A program made the position numbers and the translations under genes. The notes below the pieces were generated by a model. The model was not told where the DNA came from. It saw only the letters and a program-made list of their open reading frames with translations, and ran no database searches. Positions 28,307 through 40,815 of a DNA stretch of 64,000 nt are shown piece after piece. Location: positions 1-64,000 of the forward strand of contig CANLTW010000007.1 in the NCBI GenBank assembly GCA_947494155.1. The letters run 5' to 3'. Numbering within the stretch: the stretch's first letter is position 1; every line of letters begins with the position of its first letter. Origin of the DNA: Chlamydiota bacterium (GTDB lineage Bacteria; Chlamydiota; Chlamydiia; Chlamydiales; RGXB01).

Positions 28307-29964
28307 TCGATAAGCTGTTTTAATCGTTGAATATGGGTTAGGTCATCTTGCTGGTTCGTTTTTACCTCTAAAAGAATCGGCCTCTTTTTTTCGATAAGGG
28401 TATCTATACACACCTCCTCATCCAAAAAATGGTATTCTAAATGGAACATCTCGGCGACTTTTTTATAGTCTATCTCGTGGGGAATCAAGAAAAGCTCTTC
28501 TTTCTCTTCAAGCTCTTTTACCCCATCAAGGTAGTTGAAAATTTGGCCACCGCCATTATTGAAGACAATTATCAGTAGGGGAACTGGATGTTTTTTTAAA
28601 AAAAATAGGGAGTTGAGATCGTGCCAAAAAGTCATGTCCCCTAAAAGGGCGACAGTTGTGCGCTCTTTTTTTAAGGCTACACCGATTGCAGTAGCTATAT
28701 TCCCCTCTATCCCGGAGTGCCCCCGATTAGCAAAGATGTCTCCGCGGAAAGTTTCGGGATAAAAAACGCGGTCAACATGCCTGATGGGCATACTGTTACC
28801 AACAAATAGATTAAAATAGACAGAGGATTTAGATAAAAGTCTTATCAGAGCTATTTCAGAGATGAGAGGTTCTTCAAAAAGGGCTTTGTCTATAGTTTCT
28901 CGCGAAAGATCAGACAGTTCTAAAAGGTTTTTGATGTTACTTGAAGGGACTCGTGCCGGTGTGTATTGTATAAGGTCATGTATGAATTGGGCCGGCTCCA
29001 TCAAAATACGGTGTGTTATCGCATGCTCAGGGTCGCTGCGCTCGGTATGGGGGCTTACGTAAACGACCTGGTCTATGCTGTTTAACCAAAGGTCAATTTC
29101 TTTACAGACAAATCGGTCTCCGAATTTTATGGCGATATCCGGTTTGATCTGTGAGAGGATGTTTTCGTAGTTTTGTAGAACGTAACGGTTAGAGCTCATT
29201 TTTCTACAGTTTGATAACGGATCCAAAATCATAGGCCAGCCGAGGTGCTTGGCCAGTTCAAAGAGATGTTTTGATTCTAAAGTAGAGCATTCGCCTACGA
29301 CAATTACCCCTTTTTCATAACACAGAATCCTCTTTTGGATCTCAATAGCCTCTTTTTCGCTTAAAGTCCTTTTTACAATGCTGAAGGTTGTTTTAGGCTT
29401 AAGAAAAGGGCGTTCTTTTACTGCGGCATGGATGAGTGGAGTTCTGAATTGACAATTCAGGTGAACAGGCCCCCCGTTTTCTGCTGTAGCAGTGAAAACA
29501 GCATGGGCTACCATTGATTTGGTAAAACTCTCGGGGATCTCTGGCGACGGCGGGGGAAACTGGAAATGCAAGCGCACAAAGGGATCATAAAAATCATACT
29601 GTTCTATCGTTTGATTTGCCATCGATTGCTGGAGTTCAGGGGGGCGATCAGCTGTGAGTAAAATTAGAGGAAGGCGCGTGTGAAAAGCCTCAATCACGGC
29701 AGGTAAAAGGTGAGCCAAAGCACTTCCCGAGGTGACAATAAGCGCTACCGGCTCCTTGAATGCCTTACAAAGACCTAGTGCTATATATCCAAGCCCCCTC
29801 TCATCGAAATGGGAGTGAAAAACTGCCAAAGGATTCCTTTTGGCAGCAAGCGCTAGCGCAGAGGATCTAGATCCAGGGGCTATACAAAAATGACGCACAT
29901 TTTGTGCAACTAGTTCTTCGACGATATTTTCCGAAAAAAGGGTATTCCAGTACGCGGTATTCAT
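28267..29964 (-). CDS. menD: SEPHCHC synthase
   Basis: IAPGSRS, HFDERG, TSGSA, LTADRPPEL, NSMPIR, NRGHSGIEG, GD..F.HDLN, NNGGGQIF. Confidence 0.96.
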   Translation of the reverse strand: MNTAYWNTLFSENIVEELVAQNVRHFCIAPGSRSSALALAAKRNPLAVFHSHFDERGLGYIALGLCKAFKEPVALIVTSGSALAHLLPAVIEAFHTRLPLILLTADRPPELQQSMANQTIEQYDFYDPFVRLHFQFPPPSPEIPESFTKSMVAHAVFTATAENGGPVHLNCQFRTPLIHAAVKERPFLKPKTTFSIVKRTLSEKEAIEIQKRILCYEKGVIVVGECSTLESKHLFELAKHLGWPMILDPLSNCRKMSSNRYVLQNYENILSQIKPDIAIKFGDRFVCKEIDLWLNSIDQVVYVSPHTERSDPEHAITHRILMEPAQFIHDLIQYTPARVPSSNIKNLLELSDLSRETIDKALFEEPLISEIALIRLLSKSSVYFNLFVGNSMPIRHVDRVFYPETFRGDIFANRGHSGIEGNIATAIGVALKKERTTVALLGDMTFWHDLNSLFFLKKHPVPLLIIVFNNGGGQIFNYLDGVKELEEKEELFLIPHEIDYKKVAEMFHLEYHFLDEEVCIDTLIEKKRPILLEVKTNQQDDLTHIQRLKQLIEWNLHEQNQLMYP

Positions 29965-29967
29965 ATT

Positions 29968-31002
29968 TTACCATAAGTAGGGCGAAATTTTGTGGTTGAG
30001 CTCGTTCCATTCTTGATCTATTGTCGAACCCTCGACGAGTCCGCTGCCGGCAAAAAGATAGAGGTGGTCATTTTTCAACAGAATCGAGCGGATGGCAACT
30101 GAAACAAGGGTGGTGCCGTCCATCATAAGTGCAAAAGGGGCAGCGTAAAGTCCGCGATCAAAAGGTTCAACATGATAGAGCTTTTCTAGAGCGCTAACCT
30201 GTGGATACCCGCTTACTGCACTTGTGGGATGCAATAACTCTATGAGCTCTTGATCGTTAACACCCTCCTTGAGAGTCCCCTCCATAGAGGTTTTTAAGTG
30301 GTAAAGATGATGCGATGTCAAAATACAAGGATGCTCATCAATTTTTACCTCTTTGCAGACTTTCAGAAGTTTTTCTTTCAGATCAGCCACCACAAACTGA
30401 TGCTCTTTAAGATCTTTTTGGGACTCATAAAGCAAAGCGGGGCTAAGGTCTACGGACAGAGTACCTGCAATAGCAGCGGTAAAAATTTTATCCCCCTTTC
30501 TTTCATAAAGCCGCTCAGGTGTCGCTCCCATAAAAGCCGCCCCTTTTTCGGGCATAAAAAAGAAAATATCTTGTGAGCGAAAGATGGAGAGGTGATTATT
30601 GATTAGATGTTTTGCCTCAAGGGGTGAAGAGAATTTCAATAAGGTTTTCCGCGCAAGAACAATTTTTTCAATCCCTTCAAACCCATTTTCTACTGTTTTT
30701 GTATAAGCCTCTTTGTCGGGAAAATCTTTTCTATCTACTGCCTTCTCAAGGGGTTCTATCACCGGATAAATCCTGGACTCTACCCTGTAAGAATTAGGTT
30801 GTACCCACATCTTGTCAGGAAAGGTATTCCATAAATCGCTTTTGCGCTTGAAGGGGAAGAAATCTCTAAAACCGATGAGGGGATATACTTCGCTAGAGGG
30901 TGTATCGAAGCTTGCCTTGATCCCATGACCTCCAAAAATAAATTGGGGAGTAGCAAAAAGAAACTTAGGATAGACATCCTCTTCAAAAAGCCAATCGATC
31001 AC
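29968..31002 (-). CDS. menF: Isochorismate synthase
   Basis: KIVLAR, GATPERL, KDLKEH, LHPTSAVSGYP, FDRGLYA, VAIRS. Confidence 0.92.
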   Translation of the reverse strand: MIDWLFEEDVYPKFLFATPQFIFGGHGIKASFDTPSSEVYPLIGFRDFFPFKRKSDLWNTFPDKMWVQPNSYRVESRIYPVIEPLEKAVDRKDFPDKEAYTKTVENGFEGIEKIVLARKTLLKFSSPLEAKHLINNHLSIFRSQDIFFFMPEKGAAFMGATPERLYERKGDKIFTAAIAGTLSVDLSPALLYESQKDLKEHQFVVADLKEKLLKVCKEVKIDEHPCILTSHHLYHLKTSMEGTLKEGVNDQELIELLHPTSAVSGYPQVSALEKLYHVEPFDRGLYAAPFALMMDGTTLVSVAIRSILLKNDHLYLFAGSGLVEGSTIDQEWNELNHKISPYLW

Positions 31003-31718
31003 TGTTTTACTCCCGTGTAAATGGTAACGATACCGAAAAAAGTCGATTTATAACTCGCCTCATCAAAAGAGGCCTGTTTGAGGATACTCACAAACTCCTC
31101 CCGTTGGGCAAAAGTCTCGATAGTTTGGTGCAGATAATTGTAGGCCTGCAAGTTTGAGGTGATGAAAGCACCAATCCGGGGGAGAATATAACGGATGTAA
31201 AATAAGAACAGGCCCCGCACAGGTTTAAGCAAAGGGGTCGAAAATTCTAAAATGTGCACTGATCCCCCTTTTTTAAGAATACGGTGAATTTCGGTAAGGC
31301 CTTTAAGGGGGTCTTTAAAATTGCGAATCCCAAAACTTAGAGTTGCGACATCAAAAGAATTATCTTCAAAAGAGGTGTTTTCTCCGTTTTCTATTTTCAA
31401 ATCGACAAGATCGCCCAAACCTTTTTGAAGGACTTTTTTCATGCCCACTTTAAGCATCTCTTTGGATACATCGATACCTGTAGCTTTGCGGATGTTGGGT
31501 CGATGCTCCATACAGCTCAAAAGCTGGTCACAAGTGCCAGTTGCGATATCTATGAGCTTCAGGGGGCGATCCTGGGGGATTAAACGCACCAACGCTCTAC
31601 GAAACCAGGGGTCAACTCCAAAAGAAATGCAACGGTTGGCAAGATCATAAAGTTTGCCTATTGAGTCAAACATCGACGCAACGTTATCTCTGGATGGAAT
31701 ATTTTTTTTAGCTTCCAT
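30999..31718 (-). CDS. menG: Demethylmenaquinone methyltransferase (UbiE/MenG)
   Basis: MFDSI..YD.AN..SFG, DIATGT, FGIRN, ILEFS, AYNYL. Confidence 0.93.
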   Translation of the reverse strand: MEAKKNIPSRDNVASMFDSIGKLYDLANRCISFGVDPWFRRALVRLIPQDRPLKLIDIATGTCDQLLSCMEHRPNIRKATGIDVSKEMLKVGMKKVLQKGLGDLVDLKIENGENTSFEDNSFDVATLSFGIRNFKDPLKGLTEIHRILKKGGSVHILEFSTPLLKPVRGLFLFYIRYILPRIGAFITSNLQAYNYLHQTIETFAQREEFVSILKQASFDEASYKSTFFGIVTIYTGVKQ

Positions 31719-31890
31719 AATGGGTTTTTTACCATAAAGATTTTATATACACAACCAAAAACCCTCTGAGAGCAGGTTATAAAGCCTTAAAGGGACCTAA
31801 AGGACTCTTTTAAAAAACCAAAATATAACTTAACAATAAACACAAAGCTATGTTAATAAAATATTGAATATAACTCAGCGGACAATTTTT

Positions 31891-33090
31891 ATGATGAATA
31901 CAGCTATCACAACTCTTGCACAAGGGGGATTAACCGAGGGGAGCGAATCTCTTCCGATGGGTAGGGAAGTATCGTCGCCAAAAGGGCCCGAAAATATGGA
32001 TTTAGAGTCGGGGCAAATGCGATCGCGGCAAGCAACAAGCGATTCAATGCAAAATCGGAATCAGTATTTCAAGGATCGGGCTGCAACGATGATAACTATC
32101 TACCAGGGAACCTCCGGGGTTGCTGCTGTTGCGGGTGTAGTTGCTTTAATTGCAGGGGTTTTATTGAAAGACCCTTATGTGGCGACTATGGGGATATGTT
32201 TGATCTTTTTGGGCTCCGGAGGATGCATTATCGCGGGTAAATATCGGGATCTTAAATCTCATAATCAGATTTTTGAGGATATGTTAGAGGAGAATAGCCG
32301 ATTAAAGGGGCAAGTCCATTTTTTTGAAGACCAAAACAAAAATCTTGAGCAATCGAATAACCATCTTAAAGGTCAGGTCGGGGAGTTGAGCAATAAGGTT
32401 GTGGCTCTACAACAAACCGTAACTCGATTTGACCAGGAGAATGAGGAGCTTAAAGAATCTAACGCGCAACTTTGTTTGCAAATTGCGGATTTGAGTGAGA
32501 AGTTGAAGGAGCTTCTGCAAAATGTTAGAAGGTTTGATCAAGAAAACGAGGAGCTAAAAACCTCTAACCAAAATTTGCAAGGGCATGTGGCTTCTCTTGA
32601 ATCTATGAGTGGAAAATTCGAAATCAGTGTGGGCGAAATGGTAAAAAATGAGCAGTCATTCAAGCTTTTAAAAGACCAGTATGAAACATTACAACGTCAA
32701 TTTTTGAGCGCACAGGAAAAAGAGATAGCTCATGATAAAGAGAGGCAAAAAATCGATGGGATACGCCAGGATAGAGAGGAGCAAATGCTCTTAAGAGAGG
32801 AGGAGGGGATTCGCCAGTTGCAGCTTTTGGCGGAGAAAGAAGAGGCGTTATTGCGGCAAGAGGAGGGGTTGGTCAGAGGGTTGCAATTTTTGCACGAAAA
32901 AGAGACACACCTCAAGGAACAGGAGGAGAAGATAGTGAGGTCTTTTACAGAATTTGCTCTGGAAAGAAGGGATCTCATACGCCTAAGAGATCTTATTTCT
33001 AAGATGAGGGTGCGCTTTCCGCAGGCGGTTGCTGAGGTGGAGGGGGATTTAGTTTCGTTTGTAGATATTCCAAAAGATTTTCTAGCTTAG
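31891..33090 (+). CDS. IncA-like inclusion membrane protein candidate
   Basis: Bilobed hydrophobic domain followed by a long heptad coiled coil with internal repeats; ATG at 31891 preferred over TTG at 31864. Confidence 0.65.
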   Translation: MMNTAITTLAQGGLTEGSESLPMGREVSSPKGPENMDLESGQMRSRQATSDSMQNRNQYFKDRAATMITIYQGTSGVAAVAGVVALIAGVLLKDPYVATMGICLIFLGSGGCIIAGKYRDLKSHNQIFEDMLEENSRLKGQVHFFEDQNKNLEQSNNHLKGQVGELSNKVVALQQTVTRFDQENEELKESNAQLCLQIADLSEKLKELLQNVRRFDQENEELKTSNQNLQGHVASLESMSGKFEISVGEMVKNEQSFKLLKDQYETLQRQFLSAQEKEIAHDKERQKIDGIRQDREEQMLLREEEGIRQLQLLAEKEEALLRQEEGLVRGLQFLHEKETHLKEQEEKIVRSFTEFALERRDLIRLRDLISKMRVRFPQAVAEVEGDLVSFVDIPKDFLA

Positions 33091-34717
33091 GGAAGATATT
33101 CTCTTTAGGCAAGGACTCCATCAAAGTAGAATTTGTGATTGTTTCATAGCAATCCTCATTGAGTTCTACAAAAAAGAGCTGCCCACCCTCTTTTATGGTA
33201 TCGTCTGCAAACCCCTTTAAAAAAAAGAGGGCTGTACCATCGATGGTGGTTATCTGGTTAAAACGAAGGGCAATATATTTCTTATAGCGACCCAACTCGT
33301 GAAATGTGAGGTCAAATTTAGCGTAAGCGCCAAAAAAAAGAGCCCCTTGAAATTCAAAAACATCAAGTTCAGGGGGGATTTTGAGAGATTTGATATCGGT
33401 TGCCCCCCCTTTTTCATTTGATGTGCTAGTAACGGTTTGAAATTCCCCTTCAAGTTTTTTCACAGAAGCGGCGTTAGCCATCCTATCTACGAAAAGAAAC
33501 GCAGACATTAAAACACCCACCTGGATAGCAGCGATAAGATCCAAAAAAACGGTGATAGAAAAGGTTAAGAGAAAGACCATAAAATCGGCTTTTGTGGACT
33601 GGTAAATATGCCGCCAACTTTTCCATTCCGACATGTTATATGACACAATCATAAGTACACCGGCAAGGGCTGCCATCGGGATATAGACCACAAAGTCTTC
33701 AAGAAATATAATAATACTCAATAAAAAAAAGACGTGGCTTAAGCCAGCTAAAGGGGTTTTAGCTCCGGCTCTTACATTCGCAGCTGTTCTGGCGATAGCA
33801 CCGGTAACAGGTAATCCCCCAAAAAGAGGGGTAGCTATATTACCTAATCCTTGCGCGATTAGCTCGGTGTTTGAGCGGTGCCTCTCTCCCACCATACCAT
33901 CTGCCACCAAAGCACAAAGAAGCGATTCGATGGCCCCTAAAATAGCAATTGTCAATGCTGCGGGGAACAAAAAAGTGATTGTGTCTAGGTCCAAAGCGAA
34001 CAAGGGGACAACCTCCAGGGACAACGAAAGTTTTCCGAATCGAGAGAGAATAGTCTCTACAGGGAATTGAAAGTAATAGGTGACAAAGGAGACTGTGATA
34101 AGTGCTATAAACGCTGCCGGATAGGTTTTTTTGAAGTAGTGAATTGTTTGTATGAGCCCAAATGTGAGAACCACGGTCAAGATGGCATAAGGATTTACAG
34201 AGTCTATATTTTGCCAAAATGCGTACATCTTGTCTGTAAAATGGGGAGGGACTTGCCCCATTTCAAGCCCCAATGAATCTTTTATTTGCCCGGTAAAAAT
34301 GGTGACAGCGATTCCGGAGGTATACCCCACCACAACAGGCCGGGAAATAAAACGTAGCCAGGAACCTACCCCGCTTGCCCCCATTCCGATTAAGATAACC
34401 CCCGCAATAAACGTGGCTTGCATCAAACCAATAAAGCCGTACTCGCGCAGTATGTCATACACAATCACGATAAAAGCGCCTGTGGGGCCTGCAACTTGGA
34501 CGGAACTTCCGCTGAACAAAGAAACAATAAAACCTCCAATTAAGGAGGACATAAGGCCTGAAGCGGGGGTGACCCCGCTAGCAATTCCAAAAGCGATCGA
34601 GAGCGGTAGGGCTATGATAGCCACAAGTACGCCCGCTAAAAGATCTTTTACCAATTTGTTCCATGAGTAACCTGCAAAAGAGGTGAAAATCATGGGATAA
34701 AAACGATCTTTCAGCAT
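32999..34717 (-). CDS. SulP/SLC26 anion transporter with STAS domain
   Basis: DLLAG..ALPLSIAF, GPTGAF, ELIAQGLGN, TGAIART, GALFFG. Confidence 0.95.
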   Translation of the reverse strand: MLKDRFYPMIFTSFAGYSWNKLVKDLLAGVLVAIIALPLSIAFGIASGVTPASGLMSSLIGGFIVSLFSGSSVQVAGPTGAFIVIVYDILREYGFIGLMQATFIAGVILIGMGASGVGSWLRFISRPVVVGYTSGIAVTIFTGQIKDSLGLEMGQVPPHFTDKMYAFWQNIDSVNPYAILTVVLTFGLIQTIHYFKKTYPAAFIALITVSFVTYYFQFPVETILSRFGKLSLSLEVVPLFALDLDTITFLFPAALTIAILGAIESLLCALVADGMVGERHRSNTELIAQGLGNIATPLFGGLPVTGAIARTAANVRAGAKTPLAGLSHVFFLLSIIIFLEDFVVYIPMAALAGVLMIVSYNMSEWKSWRHIYQSTKADFMVFLLTFSITVFLDLIAAIQVGVLMSAFLFVDRMANAASVKKLEGEFQTVTSTSNEKGGATDIKSLKIPPELDVFEFQGALFFGAYAKFDLTFHELGRYKKYIALRFNQITTIDGTALFFLKGFADDTIKEGGQLFFVELNEDCYETITNSTLMESLPKENIFPKLENLLEYLQTKLNPPPPQQPPAESAPSS

Positions 34718-34728
34718 AAGCCACTCTT

Positions 34729-36546
34729 CTAGAGGGCGCTGCGCCCTCTTCTTTTTCTTTCGTTTTCGGTCAATTCCTGCTTACGCAGACGGATTGTTTT
34801 AGGAGTAACCTCAATCAATTCGTCCACCTCAATAAAGTCAATTGCTTGCTCAAGATTGAGGATGCGGGCAGGGGTTAAAATAATATTTTCATCAGAACCC
34901 GAAGCGCGAATGTTTGTCAATTGTTTTCCTTTCACGGGATTCACTACCAGATCGTTATCTCGGTTGTGCTCCCCAATCACCATCCCTTCATAGATTTCTT
35001 GACCCGGCTGAATAAACATCACCCCGCGATCTTGAAGACCGAAAATAGAATAGGCTGTAGCTTGACCGGCAGAATTGGAGATGAGTACCCCATTGTGGCG
35101 CCCTTCGATCTCCCCCTTGTGAGGCTCATAAGCATGGAATAAAGAGGTAAGGATCCCTTTCCCTTTTGTTTGGGTGAGAAAGTCGCTACGATACCCCATG
35201 AGACCTCTCATCGGCATCAAAAATTCCATAGCGCTTATTCCGTGCTCATTTGTCGATAGATTTTGCATCTCCCCTTTTCTTTTGGATAGGGTCTCAATAA
35301 CAGTACCGGAGAACTCTTCGGGCACCTCGATAAACACTTTTTCGAAGGGTTCGTGAATCTCGCCCTCCACTTTTTTTAGGACTACAACCGGTTTGGAAAT
35401 AGAAAATTCATACCCTTCGCGGCGCATCGTTTCAATTAAAACAGACAGGTGAAGCTCACCTCGTCCACAAACCTCAATCGCATCATCGCCCGAGTCGTTG
35501 ATTCGATAAGAGATATTGGCTCTTTTCTCTTTCAAAAGACGTTCACGGATTTTGTTCATTGTTACGTGCTTGCCGTCTCTGCCCACAAGCGGGCTGGAAT
35601 TTACCATGAATTTTACAGAGATTGTCGGCTCATCCAGCGGAATGGGGGGAAGTCTTTTGGAATTGTTCGGATCGCTCACAGTATCACCGATCATGGCGTT
35701 AGTAAGGCCGCTTATACAAATAATGTCCCCGGTCGAACCCTCTTGGAATTCGACTTTTTTGATTCCGCGGTAGCCTTCCACTTTTGTGACTTTGTAAAGC
35801 TCCGATTTCCCCTGGGCTCCTGACAAAAGAACCTGTTGACCTGGTTTTACCGATCCGCTCAGAACCCTGCCTGTCACTTGACGCCCCATATAATCGGAAT
35901 AGGAGAGGGTGCTCACCTGCATTAAAAAAAGTGCATTCTCATCACCAGCAGGGGGCTCAACAGCTTTGACGATCATGTCAAAAAGGGGAGTCATGTCTTT
36001 TTTCTCGTCTCCCATTTCATTGATCGCATAGCCGCCGATTCCCGAAGCGTAGATGTGTTTGAAATCGAGTTGCTCATCGTTAGCGCCAAGTTCAACAAAA
36101 AGGTCAAAAGTAAGGTTCAGTGCTCTGTCTACATTTGCGTTAGGTTTGTCGATTTTGTTGATGACTAATATGGGTTTAAGCCCCATTTTTAACGATTTAC
36201 TTAAAACGAATCTGGTTTGCGGCATGGGACCCTCTTGTGCGTCGACAAGAAGAAGAACCGATTGCACCATCCCTAAAACCCTCTCAACTTCCCCGCTGAA
36301 ATCGGCGTGACCCGGGGTATCGATGATGTTGATAACAGTATCGTTGTAGGGAAGGCTGGTGTGTTTGGCAAAAATAGTGATCCCGCGCTCTTTTTCAAGG
36401 TCGTTAGAATCCATCATTCGCTCGTCGGTTGCCTCATTCTCCCTAAAAAGGTTGGCTTGTTTGAGGAGTTGGTCAATGAGGGTTGTTTTCCCATGGTCGA
36501 TGTGGGCAATGATCGCGATATTGCGAATATTTTTGCGTTGGGTCAT
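34729..36546 (-). CDS. typA: Translational GTPase TypA/BipA
   Basis: IAHIDHGKTT, EKERGITI, GRGELHL, KQLTNIRASGSD. Confidence 0.98.
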   Translation of the reverse strand: MTQRKNIRNIAIIAHIDHGKTTLIDQLLKQANLFRENEATDERMMDSNDLEKERGITIFAKHTSLPYNDTVINIIDTPGHADFSGEVERVLGMVQSVLLLVDAQEGPMPQTRFVLSKSLKMGLKPILVINKIDKPNANVDRALNLTFDLFVELGANDEQLDFKHIYASGIGGYAINEMGDEKKDMTPLFDMIVKAVEPPAGDENALFLMQVSTLSYSDYMGRQVTGRVLSGSVKPGQQVLLSGAQGKSELYKVTKVEGYRGIKKVEFQEGSTGDIICISGLTNAMIGDTVSDPNNSKRLPPIPLDEPTISVKFMVNSSPLVGRDGKHVTMNKIRERLLKEKRANISYRINDSGDDAIEVCGRGELHLSVLIETMRREGYEFSISKPVVVLKKVEGEIHEPFEKVFIEVPEEFSGTVIETLSKRKGEMQNLSTNEHGISAMEFLMPMRGLMGYRSDFLTQTKGKGILTSLFHAYEPHKGEIEGRHNGVLISNSAGQATAYSIFGLQDRGVMFIQPGQEIYEGMVIGEHNRDNDLVVNPVKGKQLTNIRASGSDENIILTPARILNLEQAIDFIEVDELIEVTPKTIRLRKQELTENERKRRGRSAL

Positions 36547-36595
36547 AGCTATTCAATAAAAAAATTGTTTCGGCTCATGAGTATAACACAAACGT

Positions 36596-37840
36596 CTAAT
36601 AAAAGGTATAGTTTGCAACTTTTGCCTCAGGAGATTTGGGTAAAGTTTCTTTATAAATCCGGTCTATATGGTCAATCGCTTCGAGGGTAGGATTTTTGCG
36701 AACAGACATTTCAATATTTTTTTTATACAGATGCATATGGGTTAAAATTTCCCCAAATTTTTGTTGAAAAACCTCAAAATTTTCCCATTTGTCCCCAAAT
36801 TTTTCTTCTAAAACCCAGTCTAAAACACTCTCTTCTTGCTTCATAAGATCCATACCGCCCCTTAAGAAAACGGGGAGGTGGCAATGGATAGCCTCCGTCA
36901 CCATCCCAGGTCCCGGTTTTCCAATAAGGAGGTGACACGCCTTCATGTATTCATGCAGGTTATCCACAAATCCTAAGATTCTGGTGTTGGGTTTTGCGCT
37001 CTTGCTAAGCTGGTGGTAGAGTTTCTTATTAGTTCCACAAATAAAAATTGCCTGAAGCCCTTCATTAAGATTAAAAAAATGCAAAAGGTCTTTCATCTCT
37101 TCACTCCCATATCCCCCAAAGGCTACTAGAGCGGTGGGTTTGGTGATGCTAAGCCCTAAAGAATCAAAAATTTTATAACTCTTGGTTTTTTCGGCAGAAA
37201 ATGCGGAGCGGATGCACATTCCGGATATGGGATAGAGGTACCTGGGGTCTATGTTGTTTTTTAATTTGGCATGAGTCTTGATTATGTAGTGAGTACCGTT
37301 ACCGGGTCTGGTCCACATTACCTCTTGAGCCTCATCAAAATCGCTCATTACAACAATAAAAGGGGCGTTGATATCTCCATATTCCAGAGCGTTTTTCAAA
37401 TGTTTGTTGATAAAAGAGGCTGTAGAAATCACAAGATCTGGTTGTTTTTTTTTAAAAAATTGGATCAACGGGTGCCTCTCTTTTTGTAGGAGCATTTGCC
37501 TTTCAGAGAGATATTCTAATATTTTGGTGATTGGATTGATGATCCAATCTCCATACAATCGATTTAAAAGACGACCTACGGGGGAGCCAAGATTTTGGGT
37601 GTATATTTTTTCCAGACCCTTAAAGCGCTCCTTTTCAAAAAAATTTCCCGAACAATCACTGGTACAAATAAGTTCGATTTGTGCCGATTCGTAACGTTCA
37701 CTGAGTGCAGATTTCAAAGCAGAAGCTGTAGCGATATGACCCCCTCCAGCCTCAGTATAAAAAATTAAAATTTTTTCAGGTTGTTGTCCAAATAAGGCAA
37801 AAGAAAACAAGAATACAAAGGTTATATAGAAAACTTTCAT
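36596..37840 (-). CDS. MGDG synthase/UgtP-like GT28 glycosyltransferase
   Basis: GGGHIATA, PDLVIST, VVMSD, ICGTN, LGFVDN..YM...LLIGKPGPG..TEA, QEE. Confidence 0.85.
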   Translation of the reverse strand: MKVFYITFVFLFSFALFGQQPEKILIFYTEAGGGHIATASALKSALSERYESAQIELICTSDCSGNFFEKERFKGLEKIYTQNLGSPVGRLLNRLYGDWIINPITKILEYLSERQMLLQKERHPLIQFFKKKQPDLVISTASFINKHLKNALEYGDINAPFIVVMSDFDEAQEVMWTRPGNGTHYIIKTHAKLKNNIDPRYLYPISGMCIRSAFSAEKTKSYKIFDSLGLSITKPTALVAFGGYGSEEMKDLLHFFNLNEGLQAIFICGTNKKLYHQLSKSAKPNTRILGFVDNLHEYMKACHLLIGKPGPGMVTEAIHCHLPVFLRGGMDLMKQEESVLDWVLEEKFGDKWENFEVFQQKFGEILTHMHLYKKNIEMSVRKNPTLEAIDHIDRIYKETLPKSPEAKVANYTFY

Positions 37841-37995
37841 CTCTATATTTCAGCGCATGGAAGAAAAGTTATCAAGCGGATTTTTCAAGGATGGGTAATT
37901 GCCACTATTCAAAAGAGAGCGCTTTTGAAGCTGAGATTGCCGTGATCTTCTTGGTTGCAGTTTTGGTTACGATAGACTACAATTGCAACTTATCA

Positions 37996-38334
37996 ATGAG
38001 TCATAGGATTAAACGTATTCCCTTTGGATATGACGGCCCCCTACCTACGGGCCGAACCTTACAACGTCTTCTGCCAAAAATTATGGCGGGGATTGAGGAG
38101 ACTCAAGAACAGCAACCGAACGTTGTTTTGGAGGCATTTCAACAAATTCTCGGAAACGAACTGTCAAAAATCGCTACAGCAAAGAGCTTTGTTGACGGCG
38201 TGTTATTTGTAGTTGTGAAGAACTCCACTTTTTTGAGTGTATTGCACATGCAAGAAAAGGGAAGAATCCTCGCGCAGTTAAGAGAAAAATGCCCCAGACA
38301 TCGGTTCAATAATATCGTATTTAGGGTGGGTTAG
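37996..38334 (+). CDS. DUF721/DciA family protein
   Basis: Sits before gyrB as in chlamydiae; GVLFVVVKNST..L; ATG at 37996. Confidence 0.8.
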   Translation: MSHRIKRIPFGYDGPLPTGRTLQRLLPKIMAGIEETQEQQPNVVLEAFQQILGNELSKIATAKSFVDGVLFVVVKNSTFLSVLHMQEKGRILAQLREKCPRHRFNNIVFRVG

Positions 38335-40812
<2,478 letters not shown>

Positions 40813-40815
40813 AGT

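Noticed and set aside
36960..36968. Perfect DnaA box TTATCCACA
   Set aside because: Single copy inside a coding region (encodes part of FVDN on the minus strand)
37847..37875. Leaderless promoter for the GT28 gene (TTGATA-N17-TGAAAT-N6-ATG)
   Set aside because: The -10 box lacks the conserved second-position A, so it was not counted as evidence
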